Source of the DNA: Eledone cirrhosa
Lineage: Eukaryota
Assembly (NCBI GenBank): GCA_964016885.1
Contig: OZ024742.1
Coordinates: 246,016,001 to 246,080,000 of the forward strand
Direction: 5' to 3'
DNA: 64,000 nucleotides
In this document: positions 36,801 through 49,409 of the stretch, one piece after another
Numbering within the stretch: position 1 is the stretch's first letter
Layout: every line of letters begins with the position of its first letter
Translations under genes and position numbers: made by a program
The notes under the pieces: generated by a model
Database searches by the model: none
What the model was told of the DNA's origin: nothing
Seen by the model: the letters and a program-made list of their open reading frames with translations, nothing else

Positions 36801-36988
36801 GTGAACGGCAAAGCATAAACGAACTAAGGAAAAAATTAGAAATAAGAGGGATCAGATGTTGTTTACTCGAGAGAAGGCTACGTTGGTACGGTCACGTGAT
36901 GCGCATGAAAGACGACAGCTGTATAACAAAGTGCAGGGCAATAAAGATAGACGGTAGTCACGGAGTAGGCAGACCCAGAAAAACATAG
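33860..36988 (+). CDS. RTE ORF2: APE endonuclease + reverse transcriptase + PHD finger
   Basis: GTMNVGTL, IQET, SAYAP, GDLNGH, QVDY, SQH (APE); QFGF, FVDLEKAFD, GVHQGSVLSP, LYADD (RT); first ATG at 33860; TAG at 36986 where the paralog has TGG, natural stop at 37094-37096. Confidence 0.92.
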   Translation: MMDGLRNSGELKREKCGRSATMPKIKPNSPRGRECKHSSLFRPRMANITPPPPPAPHRSHPPNAIQNFRVGTMNVGTLKGRSNEVVEMLERKEVDVCCIQETRWRGGSARFIVGKERCYKLFWVGNDNGLGGVGIMVAEKWADKIIDVNRVNDRIIKIRLVLNKTTMTVISAYAPQSGLPGAIKDRFYETLMLATSQITDSDYIVIAGDLNGHVGQHCDGYDGINGGYGFGTRNEEGSRILEFCDANNLTNCNTNLKKRDNHLITYRSGEHTSQVDYILTRRRDRVSVVNTKSHPHEEFTSQHRLIISDLIVRTRRTRQRKRTILRRKIWKLKDPIARNKFQSILLDAFDSKEEQLESYNIEEQWEFLRANLLTAADEVCGWSRPVGRRRVTWWWNSKVEESIKAKKQAWKVWRDGGSREDYQVARREARRQVYFARREAEERKFKHVLQREDQKREVFRIARQCVKENRDIVGEKCVLNDDGILAITDADKKVAWKCHYERLLNEENKWEKDSLPQIDPIEGPAVLVDGSIISKAIKDMKTGKAAGPSEIVAEMLKGSGSVGHTMVTRIVNQVVQNGVVPKDWRSSIIVNCYKGKGDALDRSNYRGIKLIDQVMKVTEKVIAQLIRERIDLDEMQFGFVSGKSTTDALFIVRQLQEKYLAKSKPLYLAFVDLEKAFDRVPRSIIWWSLRKLGVDEWLVRAIQAMYKETVSKVRINNEYSEEFSVKVGVHQGSVLSPLVFIIALQAITEEFKTGCPWELLYADDLTLIAESMTELEKKFQTWKHGLESKGLKINLAKTKVLVCRKENKAAVPSGKWPCSVCRKGVGRNPILCPKCKVWVHKRCSGITGKLTKNIDFTCGRCSGAISSSKCPQNTSSFNCAEGSIEIVDSFRYLGDKISSGGGCSESTVARVRTGWKKFRELIPLLAARGFSLKMKGRLYDACIRTAMLHGSETWALCAEDIRRLERNEACMLRWMCNSNIRERQSINELRKKLEIRGIRCCLLERRLRWYGHVMRMKDDSCITKCRAIKIDGSHGVGRPRKT

Positions 36989-37664
36989 GACGAGCTGATA
37001 AATTCCGACCTCACACGCTTACACCTCTCCAAGACAATGTCACTGGACCGAGACCTTTGGCGGTACTCAGTAATAGAGAAGACCCGCCTTACCTAAATAC
37101 AAAGTAAAAACCTACTACAGTCAGTAGGCATCTCTATCAAAACACACCCCCGTCCCACCACCTCCACCCCACCCACACCGCCCCTTTCAATGTAAAGTTA
37201 TGTTGGTCCCACAACATCCAGGCCGAAACAAATGAGATCGTGTAGGTGTCACGACAAAAAAACACACAGTCCACGCTGTAATGTGGCCGTGTAGGCAACA
37301 AGGTAAAAACCTCCCAGCCCCACACTGTAAATGTGGTTGGTGTTAGGAAGGGCATCCAACTGTAGAAAACCCGCCAGACAGTCCTATGCGAGCAAGACAA
37401 CCACTCTTGCCTCAAGTGGGAAAACCCCCGTCCAAACCCATGCAAGCGTGGAACACGGACGCTAAACCTGATGATGATGATGTTGATGATACATATATAT
37501 ATATATATATACATACATATGCATACATACATATATATATACATACATATGTATACACACATATATATATATATATACATACATACACATATATATACAC
37601 GCACATACATACATATATACACATACATATATATACACACACATACATACATATATATACACAC

Positions 37665-37695
<31 letters not shown>

Positions 37696-37702
37696 CACAC
37701 AC

Positions 37703-37734
<32 letters not shown>

Positions 37735-37839
37735 GCAGAAAGTTCAGAAAATCTGAAGAAAACTGTGAGAGAACCAAAGTCAGCACTCGATACAGAACAG
37801 AGCAATAAATCTTCCTATGTAACACTTCCACTTTGTTAT

Positions 37840-37876
<37 letters not shown>

Positions 37877-37977
37877 GAAAAGATTCAGGACCCGACAGCT
37901 GAGCTCCGGCTGTTTCGACAGCTAGACCACACCCTTTCTGATATATATATATATATAATGAAAGGAGAGACAAAAAC

Positions 37978-38102
37978 CTTCTTCAAATCTTCTTTCCAAT
38001 CATTGTTGCCGTAATTACGGGTTATTTCAATTTGGAAGAGAGAGTATTCAGCCATATGGCATGCCAGTTTGGTCACACTCTGTCGACCACTTCCTCCAAT
38101 AC
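37978..38102 (-). CDS. DNAH3: DNAH3-like exon (AAA4 P-loop)
   Basis: [42 protein letters not shown]; CAG acceptor; weak GTTTTT donor, but phase 1-0 fits both neighbours; 125 nt. Confidence 0.9.
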
Positions 38103-38761
38103 CTGGGTAGAAAGAACAATAAAGAATCAATAAGATATATGATAGAGCTATAGATACAGTATGAAATATGACATATATGATATAGAATGTATGAATGCAT
38201 TGCTGAATCACACTAATATATCTTCATCAAACTTATTTCTCATGGTTCCTCAATGTGTATGAAATACCTTTGACAAGAGTAGAGAGAATGGAAAGAGGTA
38301 TTAGCTAGTTCATACGAGAATGGTTTGGTCCCCCACCAGGCTTTACAGACACTAGCAGAAAAACCGCCCTTTGGCATGTGTAGTGTACAAATTGGAACAC
38401 CTCAGTCTTGCCATCACCCCAGGTAACAATGCGAGCATGGTGGCTTGCCTCAAAAATTATTAGAGAGGTTTCCCAGTGCTCCTCGCTATATTGCTATCTT
38501 TTGCTCTGGTAGTGGCTCGTTTTTTCACTCTTTTGCCTGCATATTGTTATGTGTGTATTACCTGCTTGTGTATTTTTTCTTTCTTTTTTTCCTTTGTATA
38601 TATTATATTTGTTAGTGTTTTCATTCTGTAACCATTACATTAAATGAGTTTAAAACAAAATGAGTTAATAAATAAATAAAACGTTATACTTGTTTTACCC
38701 TCCCATCTCCAATTAAACTGAACGCTGCTATCATGACTGTATGTGTGTGTTTGTGTAAATT

Positions 38762-38945
38762 TATGTGTGAATGTATGTGTATTTGTGTGAAAGTATGTGT
38801 GAATGTATGTGTATTTGTGTGAAAGTATGTGTGAATGTATGTGTATTTGTGTGAAAGTATGTGTGAATGTATGTGTATTTGTGTGAAAGTATGTGTGAAT
38901 GTATGTGTATTTGTGTGAAAGTATGTGTGAATGTATGTGTATTTA
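38762..38945. repeat. 32-bp minisatellite (TATGTGTGAATGTATGTGTATTTGTGTGAAAG)
   Basis: About 6 copies, period 32. Confidence 0.9.
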
Positions 38946-39834
38946 TGTCCGTGAGAGTGTATTTTTATAAGTTTGTGTTTGTGCGATTATAGTTATATAC
39001 TCATAATAGTTATATACTCATACATATAGATGTATGTATGTGCACACTCATACACGTCAGGTGTAGAAAATCATAATCTCTCTATCTCTCTCATCACACA
39101 CTCTCTCTTTCTATATATATGGTAGTTGAAGTGGTGGTGGTGGCAACGATATACCGGAAGTGCAACTTTGAAAAGGAGTCTATTTTAAATTATTTATTTT
39201 TACAAAATTATTTGTTTACAAAATTTAGTAAATAAATTATGTAATATTCATTCATTATTTATTCAAAGTAATCCAACTTATTTTATTAACTGGATTAAAA
39301 GAAACAAACCGTACGCAGTCCTGCAGCCCTTGCTTTATTATAGTTTAGATTGGGCCGTATAATACTACTGTGAAATACCAACTGCCTTTAACATCATTGG
39401 TCATATCCGGCCAGAATTGTCTGATCTCTTTCCGTTTAAACTGGCCATAACCGGCTGCTCATACTTATGTTAAGGTATTGTTCTCAAAATAAATAATATC
39501 AAAATCTCGTAGATTTGATATTATGTGAGATAATTATTTGAAATAAAGTGTTTACTGTGAAAATACAATGGTACAAGTAGGGTAATGTAAATGCTAAATG
39601 GTTAAAATAGCAAAAGCCTGCTGCCAGTGGTAAGAAACTCTCACTGGCTCATTGTTTATTAACTATCCCCCTCCCATCCCCAGAGATATAATTCACTCCC
39701 AAAACTATCTTAATTCCCAAAGTCCAAGTAATCATTAGAGGGATGAACCAGGAGTGCAATGGGATGGAGGAACAGGTGAGTTCTACCAAGTGCCTTGTGG
39801 ACTGTCCTGTGAAATATGATAGCATTGATTCTGG

Positions 39835-41105
39835 AATGATGATGATGATGGTGGTGGAAGTATTGGTCATGGTGTTAGTTGTATTGGTGGTGATGGTTGT
39901 TGTATTGGTGGTGGTGGTAGTTGTATTGGTGGTGGTGGTAGTTGTATTGGTGGTGGTGGAAGTATTGGTCATGGTGGTAGTTGTATTGGTGGTGGTGATT
40001 GTAGTGGTGGTGGTGGTAGTTGTATTGGTGGTGGTTGTAGTGGTGGTGGAAGTATTGGTCATGGTGTTAGTTGTATTGGTGGTGGTGGTAGTTGTATTGG
40101 TGGTGGTGGAAGTATTGGTCATGGTGGTAGTTGTATTGGTGGTGGTGATTGTAGTGGTGGTGGTGGAAGTATTGGTCATGGTGTTAGTTGTATTGGTGGT
40201 GGTGGTTGTAGTGGTGGTGGTGTTGGTGGTAGTATTGGTCATGGTGTTAGTTGTATTGGTGGTGATGGTTGTTGTATTGGTGGTGGTGGTAGTTGTATTG
40301 GTGGAAGTATTGGTCATGGTGGTAGTTGTATTGGTGGTGGTGATTGTAGTGGTGGTGGTGGTAGTTGTATTGGTGGTGGTGGTGGTTGTGGTGGTGGTGG
40401 TGGTTGCAGTGGTGGTAGTGGTGGTTGTATTGGTGGTGGTTGTAGTGGTGGTGGAAGTATTGGTCATGGTGTTAGTTGTATTGGTGGTGGTGGTTGTAGT
40501 GGTGGTGGTGGTAGTTGTATTGGTGGTGGTGGTGGTTGCAGTGGTGGTGGTGGTAGTTGTTTTGGTGGTGGTGGTGGTGGTTGCAGTGGTGGTGGTGGTA
40601 GTTGTATTGGTGGTGGTTGTAGTGGTGGTGGTAGTAGTATTGGTCATATTGGTAGTTGTATTGGTGGTGATGATGGTTATAGTGGTGGTAGTAGTATTGG
40701 ATATGGTAGTAGTTGTGGTGGTGGTGGTGGTGGTGGTGGTTGTAATGGTGGTGGTGGTAGTATTGGTCATGGTGGTGCAGGTGGTGTTGGTATTGTAGTG
40801 GTGGTAGTACTGGTGATGATGGTAGTGGTCTTGGTGGTGGTACTGGTGATAGTTGTAGTGGTGGTAATGGTGATGATAGTGTTGTTGTTGTTGATGGTGG
40901 TGATACTGGTGGTGGTAGTAGTAGTTGTAGTGGCGGTGGTAGTGTTGTTGTTGATGGTGATGATACTGGTGGTAGTGGTAGTTATAGTGGTGGTGGTAGT
41001 GTTGTTGTTGATGGTGGTGATACTGGTGGTAGTAGTAGTTGTAGTGGTGGTGGTAGTGTTGTTGTTGATGGTGATGATACTGGTGGTAGTTGTAGTGGTG
41101 GTTGT
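39835..41105. repeat. (GGT/GTA/GTT)n degenerate trinucleotide array
   Basis: Read directly; source of the poly-V/poly-T ORFs. Confidence 0.92.
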
Positions 41106-41254
41106 GTTAATAAAATCCACATGACACTTATATGCCCATCACTTTTTAGTTCTCTCTCATAAGGTTTCATCAAGTGCAGCTGCAGAGAGATGTGCAGCTG
41201 TGTCCAGAACTGCTGCACTTGCACTTATTATGACATTCCTTTTTCTATTCACAT

Positions 41255-42824
41255 CAATCAGGTTATATATGGTGGTGTCATACCCAAAGACTGGTACAGT
41301 AGTATTCTCATAAATTGCTACAAAGGTAAAGGGGATGCTCTGGAGAGGAGCAATTATAGGGGTATAAAACTGATGGATCAGGTTATGAAAGTGGCAGAAA
41401 GGATATTAGCACAACTAATTAGAGAAAGGGTCAAACTAGATGAGATGCAGTTTGGTTTTGTGCCTGGGAAGAGTACAACAGATGCCCTCTTCTTGGTGAG
41501 ACAATTGCAAGAGAGGTTCTTAGAGAAAAATAAGCCACTATACTTAGCCTTTGTTGACCTAGAGAAGGCCTTTGATAGGGTACCCCCGATCTGTCATCTG
41601 GTGGTCCCTAAGGAAACTAGGTGTTGAGGAATGGCTTGTGAGGACAGTGCAAACTTTGTACAGAGGTGCTGTCAGTAAAGTCAGGGTAGGAATGGAGTTT
41701 AGTGAGGAATTCCAGATACAAGTAGGAGTACATCAAGGTTCGGTCCTCAGCCCGCTCTTGTTCATTATAGTCCTCCAAGCCATAACAGAGGAGTTTAAGA
41801 CTGGCTGTCCATGGGAACTTCTCTATGCTGACGATCTGGTTCTTATAGCAGAATCAGTAGAGGAGTTAGAGAATAAATTCTGGCTATGGAAACAGCAGTT
41901 GGAAGCAAGAGGACTGAGAGTGAACCTAGCTAAGACAAAAGTGTTGATGAGTAGAAAAGAGGAGAAAACTCTGATTCCGTCAGGGAAATGGCCATGTTCG
42001 ATATGCAGAAAAGGAACTGGCATAAATTCTATAAAATGCACACAATGCAGATCCTGGGTACACAACAGATGTAGTGGGATAGCAGGCAAACTAACAGGTA
42101 GGGAGAAATATGTATGCAGTAGATGTACAGGGAAATTAGACAGTAGAAGTCGCATTGATAGACACATTTTTCAAATGCAGGCGGGTGCTATAGAAGTGGT
42201 GGATAGCTTCCGGTACCTAGGAGATCAGATTAGCATGGGGGGAGGGGGACCCGAGGCCATAGTATCTAGAATAAGGATGGGTTGGAAGAAGTTTAGGGAG
42301 CTGCTTCCTCTGCTGACGAAGAAGGGTTTCTCCTTGCGTACGAAAGACCGGTTATATGATGCCTGTGTGAGGAGCGCGATGTTGCATGGTAGTGAGACAT
42401 GGGCAGCAACTGCAGAGGATATGCAACGGCTGGAGAGAAATGAGGCAAGCATGCTCCGTTGGATGTGCAGTGTCAATGTGCGTGAACGACCCAGCATGAA
42501 TGTGTTGAGAGAGAAACTGTGTCTGAGAGGGATAGAATGTAGTGTACAGGAGAGGAGACTGAGGTGGTATGGACATGTGATGCACATGGAGGATGACTGA
42601 TGGGTAAAGAAGTGCCAGGAAATGGCAGTTGAAGGAAGACGTGGTAGAGGTAGACCACGAAAAACATGGGCGGAGGTGGTGAGAAAACAGACCTCAGATC
42701 GCTGAAGCTCACGGTGGAGATGATGAAGGACCGTGAAAAGTGGAGAGATGCTGTGCTGAATAAGACCCATCCCACCCTTGCAAGCAGGGAAGAGCGGACG
42801 TAAAATGATGATGATGATGATGAT
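41255..42824 (+). mobile_element. 5'-truncated RTE family-2 LINE with PHD finger
   Basis: ORFs 41190-41627 and 41572-42600 (frameshift near 41585) encode RT, LYADD and WPCSIC...CTQC...WVH..C...CSRC; (TGA)n tail; DNA clearly diverged from family 1. Confidence 0.9.
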
Positions 42825-43828
42825 TTATTCAGCTCTTGGCAAAATTTGCAGCTGCTAGTAAATCTGTCTAATGTTGAAGCTAGCCACTATCATTCTGTTG
42901 TCATCCCTGGTTTCTTAGACTGAGTACAACTGGGCTGTATATTAAAGACTGGCTGAAAATATGTCATGCTTGAAAGTTGGCCCTCTTCCAATGCTCCCTA
43001 AATGAAGCTTTTGAGGGTGAAATACAATCATAAGTTCATTGTTTTCTTTCAAAAAGGACAAGCTTAGTCCCATTCAATTTTTGTACGAGTTACTTTGGTT
43101 ATATTTAAGAACAAATAACTCTTCAATGATCTGCAAGTCTTCATCTTCTAAAGCTGTTGGTGTTGAGCCTAACATGATGCAATTGTAACACTTGGATTAT
43201 TGTTTCTGTATCAGAAAAATCAAACTCAGATAGAAATAGGAGTATGTTTATGTGTGTATCTGTGTATGTTTGTGTTTGAAACAGAGAGAGAGAGAGGAAG
43301 AACAATCTTGGAAGCTCCTCTGGGTGGTGGGATTTGCTTCCATTTTTTTTCTCATTAATATTGCTGCTGCTGTTGTTTTTGTTGTTGATGTTGTTGATGT
43401 CCCTGTTGTTCCTGTTGTCATTGCTGTTGCCACTGATACTGCATTCCCCCATTTTTTTTCCGTGAGCAGGAAGTTCTCAAGTGATTGGTATCACCACGCA
43501 AATGATATCATGGTTATTTGCCCTTAACTCCAACATGCAGCAGGCACATAATATCTGGGATATTTAGCAGGCACTCTGGTTTGACTTGGAGCAGTATCAT
43601 TAAAGTGATTCCAGAATCAATTTTCTCTCGAGTTCTTTTTTCCTCCTGAAGGGTATCATTCCCATCACAGGTGGATCCAACACAGGATCCACCAAAAGTC
43701 CAACCTTAATGGGACACACAAAATCCTGAGCCTTACTGTTCTTTTCCCCAAATAAAACGGAAAAAGAGAGTAATCATTTTTGTGACAATACATAAATAAT
43801 TTTAAATGAGAAAGCCCATAGAACTTAC

Positions 43829-43956
43829 CCACAAGAAGTACATGTCCATTATCTTGCAGCAGAACTCGACTGACCCTGGAAATGTGTTCTATAGCAAACT
43901 TGAACATCACCAGTGACATAGGACTTTTACTGTTAGCATTGCATTCATCCAAGTAA
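43829..43956 (-). CDS. DNAH3: DNAH3-like exon (start of AAA4)
   Basis: YLDECNANSKSPMSLVMFKFAIEHISRVSRVLLQDNGHVLLV; CAG acceptor, GTAAGT donor; 128 nt, phase 2-1. Confidence 0.93.
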
Positions 43957-44029
43957 CTGCAAGGTTATAAGAAGGTTACAGTGCCATTACATTTCATGTT
44001 AGATACACTCAACTATAATACGATGGAAT

Positions 44030-44760
44030 GATGATGAGAAACTGGCAGTCAGAGTAAATGACACTGATGACAGAGAGCTTGAAGGGCTTTTGAAAATAGT
44101 CAAAAGGTTAACAGACAACATAGATATGGAGTTTAGAATGGATAAATGTGCAAAAGCAACATTTAAAAGGGGAAGCTAAGAAAGAGTGAATCAGTGATGC
44201 TTTACACAGACACAGTAATTAAAAGCCAAGTTCATGAGGGAGTTTACAAGTATCTATAGATTAACCCTTTATCATTTACATTACTTTATATTTACTATTA
44301 TATTTTCATGGTAAAGTCTTTACCTCGCATAATTATCTCACATAATATCGAGTCTATGAGATTTTGAAATTATTTATTTTGAGAACAATAATTTAACATC
44401 AATATGAGTGGCCAGTTACAACAGAAAGAGGTGAGAGAATTCTGGCCAGATACGGCCGGTTTAAATGCTAAAGGGGATTTAAAATTAATAAAGAGATAGA
44501 AAACAGCATACAACAATGAAAGAAAAAAAAAAAAAGAGGAATACATCAGGAGGTTAAGAGCCATCTTACAGACTGAGCTGAATGCAAAATATAGAATATT
44601 TGCCACAAACACCCTAGCAGTCTTAGTTGTAACTTACAGCTGCAACATCAACAACTGGAACATAAGCAAAATTAAATGGATAGAAATAAAGATCTGAAAG
44701 ATAGTGACGGGCACCAAAATAAACCACTTTAAGGTAGATGTTGATTTTTTAGTACCTGCA
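44030..44760 (+). mobile_element. R4/Dong-like LINE RT remnant interrupted by a MITE
   Basis: ELEGLLKIVKRLTDNIDMEFRMDKCAKATFKRG...YKYL, resuming EEYIRRLRAILQTELNAKYRIFATNTLAVLVVTYS; this pattern is typical of R4-clade RT/thumb. Confidence 0.65.
44261..44480. mobile_element. piggyBac-like MITE (~220 bp)
   Basis: Begins TTAACCCTTTATCATTTA and ends TAAATGCTAAAGGGGATTTAA (imperfect TIRs next to TTAA); interrupts a LINE reading frame; related to 28860-29075. Confidence 0.65.
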
Positions 44761-45224
44761 GAGATGCAAAGAACAACACAGCTTCAACTGTCATACAAAA
44801 CCACAACCATAGAAATGTTAAAACACTTTGGGCTCACAGTTTTCTTCCCGAACCCACTCACCCTCCCCTCTACCCCCATTTTCTTTATTTTCTTACTCTG
44901 ACCTTTTTTTCTATTTCTTCTTCTCTCTCTGATTCTATCTTCTGAAGAAGGACTAACATCCGATGCTGTGCTGAGAAAGACCGACCCAACCCATGAGAAC
45001 ATGGAAAAGCAGATGTAAAAATGATGATGATGATGACGACGATGATGATGATGACAGTGGTGATGATGATTAAGCATTGAACTGTTAATTTATTGTTTGA
45101 TCTCTTGTGTTGATTTTCCTTGTTAATTTTTGTTAAAGCCATGGATAATCGTTCTCATGAATTTTAGTTATCGGGAGGAGAGATTGTGTTTAAAGAAAGA
45201 ACAAAACTAGAAAGTATGACTTAC

Positions 45225-45431
45225 TGTTCCATAACTTTGGTCAGTTCCTTTAAATCTTGTATTTCATCATAGGAGGTTCTCTGATCTGGATTGGCATAAT
45301 CTCCGAAGAAGAGATTCCTGATGTCGCTGTCTCTTACTTTACCACTCTTCGAAAGATGGCCAAGTACTTTGTCAATGTTTACCTTGAAGTTGTTCTGACA
45401 TGAGTCTTTGACAAGGTTGAAGAATTTGTTC
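45225..45431 (-). CDS. DNAH3: DNAH3-like exon
   Basis: NKFFNLVKDSCQ...IRNLFFGDY...YDEIQDLKELTKVME; CAG acceptor, GTAAGT donor; 207 nt, phase 2-2. Confidence 0.92.
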
Positions 45432-45837
45432 CTGAAATGATAATATATGAAACTCAAATGGAGTAATATGGAGCCAGAAAAACCAAATACAACATAAATC
45501 TAGGTGGAACCAGATATATAAAAAGAAAGGCATTCCAGTCATGACCATCCCATATTTCAGTCGGTAAAACCTAAACAACATTATTCCATGTGTCCTTTTA
45601 TTAACACAGGATGCTCTAATTTGATTTTTAGCAGGTTAAGCATCCACTTAAGAGCTCTTATTGCTTCATAGAACATGAAGTAATAAAGTGATATCAATTC
45701 TATTGACTAATAGTCACTTATACTTCTTCTATGTCAAACAGCTATGTGAGGCTGCTGATTGCAATCCAAAGGACATATTGCAAGCAATGGACAACAGAGT
45801 TGGATGGAGATGAGCCATGCAAACCAGCAATATCATC

Positions 45838-48800
45838 AACAAGAACAACAACAACAGTATCATCTACAACAACAACATCAATCACAACAACACAAAACCA
45901 CAACACCAACCACAACATTAACCACAACAACATCAACCACAACAACACCAACAACATCAACCACAACACCAACCACAACGCCAACCGCAACAACACCAAC
46001 CACACAACATCAACAACACCAACCTCAACGAACACCAACCACAACACCATCAACCACAACAACACCAACCACAACATCCCCCACAACATCAACCACAACA
46101 TCAACCACAACAACACCAACCACAACAACATCAACCACAACACCAACCACAACAACACCAACCACAACAACATCAACCACAACAACACCAACCACCACAA
46201 CACCAACCACAACACCACCAACCACAACATCCCCCACAACATCAACCACAACACCAACCACAACATCAACCACAACAACATCAACCACAACAACACCAAC
46301 CACAACAACATCAACCACAACACCAACCACAACAACACCAACCACAACACCAACCACAACAACACCAACCACAACAACACCAACCACAACAACATCAACC
46401 ACAACACCATCAACCACAACAACACCAACCACAACATCCCCCACAACATCAACCACAACACCAACCACAACATCAACCACAACAACATCAACCACAACAA
46501 CACCAACCACAACAACATCAACCACAACACCAACCACAACAACACCAACCACAACACCAACCACAACAACACCAACCACAACAACACCAACCACAACAAC
46601 ATCAACCACAACACCATCAACCACAACAACACCAACCACAACATCCCCCACAACATCAACCACAACACCAACCACAACATCAACCACAACAACACCAACC
46701 ACAACAACACCAACCACAACAACATCAACCGCAGCAACACCAACCACAACACCAACCACAACAACACCAACCACAACAACATCAACCACAACAACACCAA
46801 CCACAACACCATCAACCACAACAACACCAACCACAACATCCCCCACAACATCAACCACAACACCAACCACAACATCAACCACAACAACATCAACCACAAC
46901 AACACCAACCACAACAACATCAACCACAACACCAACCACAACAACACCAACCACAACAACACCAACCACAACAACACCAACCACAACAACATCAACCACA
47001 GCAACACCAACCACAACAACACCAACCACAACACCAACCACAGCAACACCAACCACAACATCCCCCACAACATCAACCACAACAACACCAACCACAACAT
47101 CAAACCACAACATCAACCACAACACCAACCACAGCAACACCAACCACAACACCATCAACCACAACACCATCAACCACAACAACACCAACCACAAAACCAC
47201 CAACCACAACAACACCAACCACAACACCAACCACAACATCAACCACAACAACACCAACCACAACACCAACCACAGCAACACCAACCACAACACCATCAAC
47301 CACAACAACACCAACCACAACACCACCAACCACAACAACACCAACCACAACACCAACCACAACATCCCCCACAACATCAACCACCACAACACCAACCACA
47401 ACAACATCAACCACAACACCAACCACAACATCAACCACAACAACACCAACCACAACAACACCAACAACACCAACCACAACATCAACCACAACAACACCAA
47501 CCACAACAACACCAACCACAACACCAACCACAACAACATCAACAACAACACCAACCACAACAACACCAACCACAACAACACCAACCACAACAACATCAAC
47601 AACAACATCAACCACAACAACACCAACAACACCAACCACAACAACACCAACCACAACAACACCAACCACAACAACATCAACAACAACATCAACCACAACA
47701 ACACCAACAACACCAACCACAACAACACCAACCACAACACCACCAACCACAACAACATCAACAACAACATCAACCACAACAACACCAACAACACCAACCA
47801 CAACAACACCAACCACAACAACATCAACCGCAGCAACACCAACCACAACACCAACCACAACAACACCAACCACAACAACACCAACCACAACACCAACCAC
47901 AACACCACCAACCACAACACCACCAACCACAACAACACCAACCACAACAACACCAACACCAACACCAACATCAACCAGAACAACACCAACCACAACAACA
48001 CCAACCACAACAACACCAACCACAACACCAACCACCACAACACCAACCACAACAACACCAACCACAACACCAACCACAACAACACCAACCACAACAATAC
48101 CAACCACAACACCACCAACCACAACACCACCAACCAGAACAACACCAACCACAATAACACCAACCACAACACCAACCACAACAACATCAACCAGAACAAC
48201 ACCAACCACAACAACACCAACCACAACAACATCAACCGCAGCAACACCAACCACAACACCACCAACCACAACATCCCCCACAACAACACCAACCACAACA
48301 ACACCAACCACAACACCACCAACCACAACAACCACAACAACATCAACCACAACAACATCAACCACAACAACACCAACCACAACAACACCAACCACAACAC
48401 CACAACACCAACCACAACAACACCAACCACAACAACAGCAACGCCACCAACCACAGCAACACCAACCACAACAACACCAACCACAACAACACCAACCACA
48501 ACGCCACCAACCACAACAACACCAACCACAACAACACCAACCACAATAACACCAACCACAACAACACCAACCACAACAACATCAACCACAACAACATCAA
48601 CCAGAACAACACCAACCACAACAACACCAACCACAACAACATCAACCACAACATCAACCACAACACCAACCACAACAACACCAACCACAACAACACCAAC
48701 ACCAACCACAACATCAACCAGAACAACACCAACCACAACAACAGCAACAGAACCAACCAGAACAACACCAACCACAACAACAGCAACAGAACCAACCACA

Positions 48801-49165
48801 ACAACACCAACCACAACAACACCAACCACAACATCAACCAGAACAACACCAACCACAACAACATCAACCAGAACAACACCAACCACAACAACAGCAACAG
48901 AACCAACCACAACAACACCAACCACAACAACACCAACCACAACATCAACCACAACACCAACACCAACCACAACAACACCAACCACAACAACACCAACCAC
49001 AACAACATCAACCACAACACCAACACCAACCACAACACCAACCACAACAACACCAACCACAACATCAACCACAACAACACCAACCACAACAAACACCAAC
49101 CACAACACCAGCCACAACAACAACATCAACCACAACAACCACCACAACAACCACAACAACAACAA
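45838..49165. repeat. 3.3-kb (ACCAACCACAAC[AAC])n compound repeat
   Basis: Read directly; source of the 808-1140 aa low-complexity ORFs. Confidence 0.95.
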
Positions 49166-49182
49166 AGAAGTGTTGTACTGAC

Positions 49183-49409
49183 CTATCCTTATCATCAATA
49201 AGACGATCATGGAAGACTCTGTAAACTTCATGTACCCACAGTCGGATTACTTTCTCTGTGTCACCCATGTGGATAGGAGATACAAGCAGGACTCCTTGGA
49301 TGACCCGTGAGAAGTCACGCAGGTTAAATACATAATGACTCTTCGATGGTGTAGGTAGGAAGGTGACAATGGCTTTCTTGTACACCTCCATTGTTGCAGA
49401 AACCATCAA
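49183..49409 (-). CDS. DNAH3: DNAH3-like exon (AAA3 lid)
   Basis: FLPTPSKSHYVFNLRDFSRVIQG...IRLWVHEVYRVFHDRLID; CAG acceptor, GTCAGT donor; 227 nt, phase 0-2. Confidence 0.93.

Larger units (their letters stand above)
33191..37490 (+). mobile_element. Near-intact full-length RTE-clade LINE (family 1)
   Basis: 5'UTR with tandem repeats, one long ORF, a 3'UTR of about 390 nt and a (TGA)n tail; embedded in TA/TACA microsatellite. Confidence 0.92.

Noticed and set aside
36091-36816. Antisense ORFs overlapping RTE ORF2 (also at 12337, 41823-42770 and 51754-53884)
   Set aside because: Shadow frames of LINE coding sequence, repeated only because the LINE is repeated.
39649-41124. Poly-Thr and poly-Val ORFs
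   Set aside because: Trinucleotide repeat artefact.
45731-49231. 808-1140 aa ORFs resembling mucin or Gln/His-rich proteins
   Set aside because: They arise from a CAA/CAC repeat open in several frames on both strands inside a dynein intron; there is no domain or splice support.
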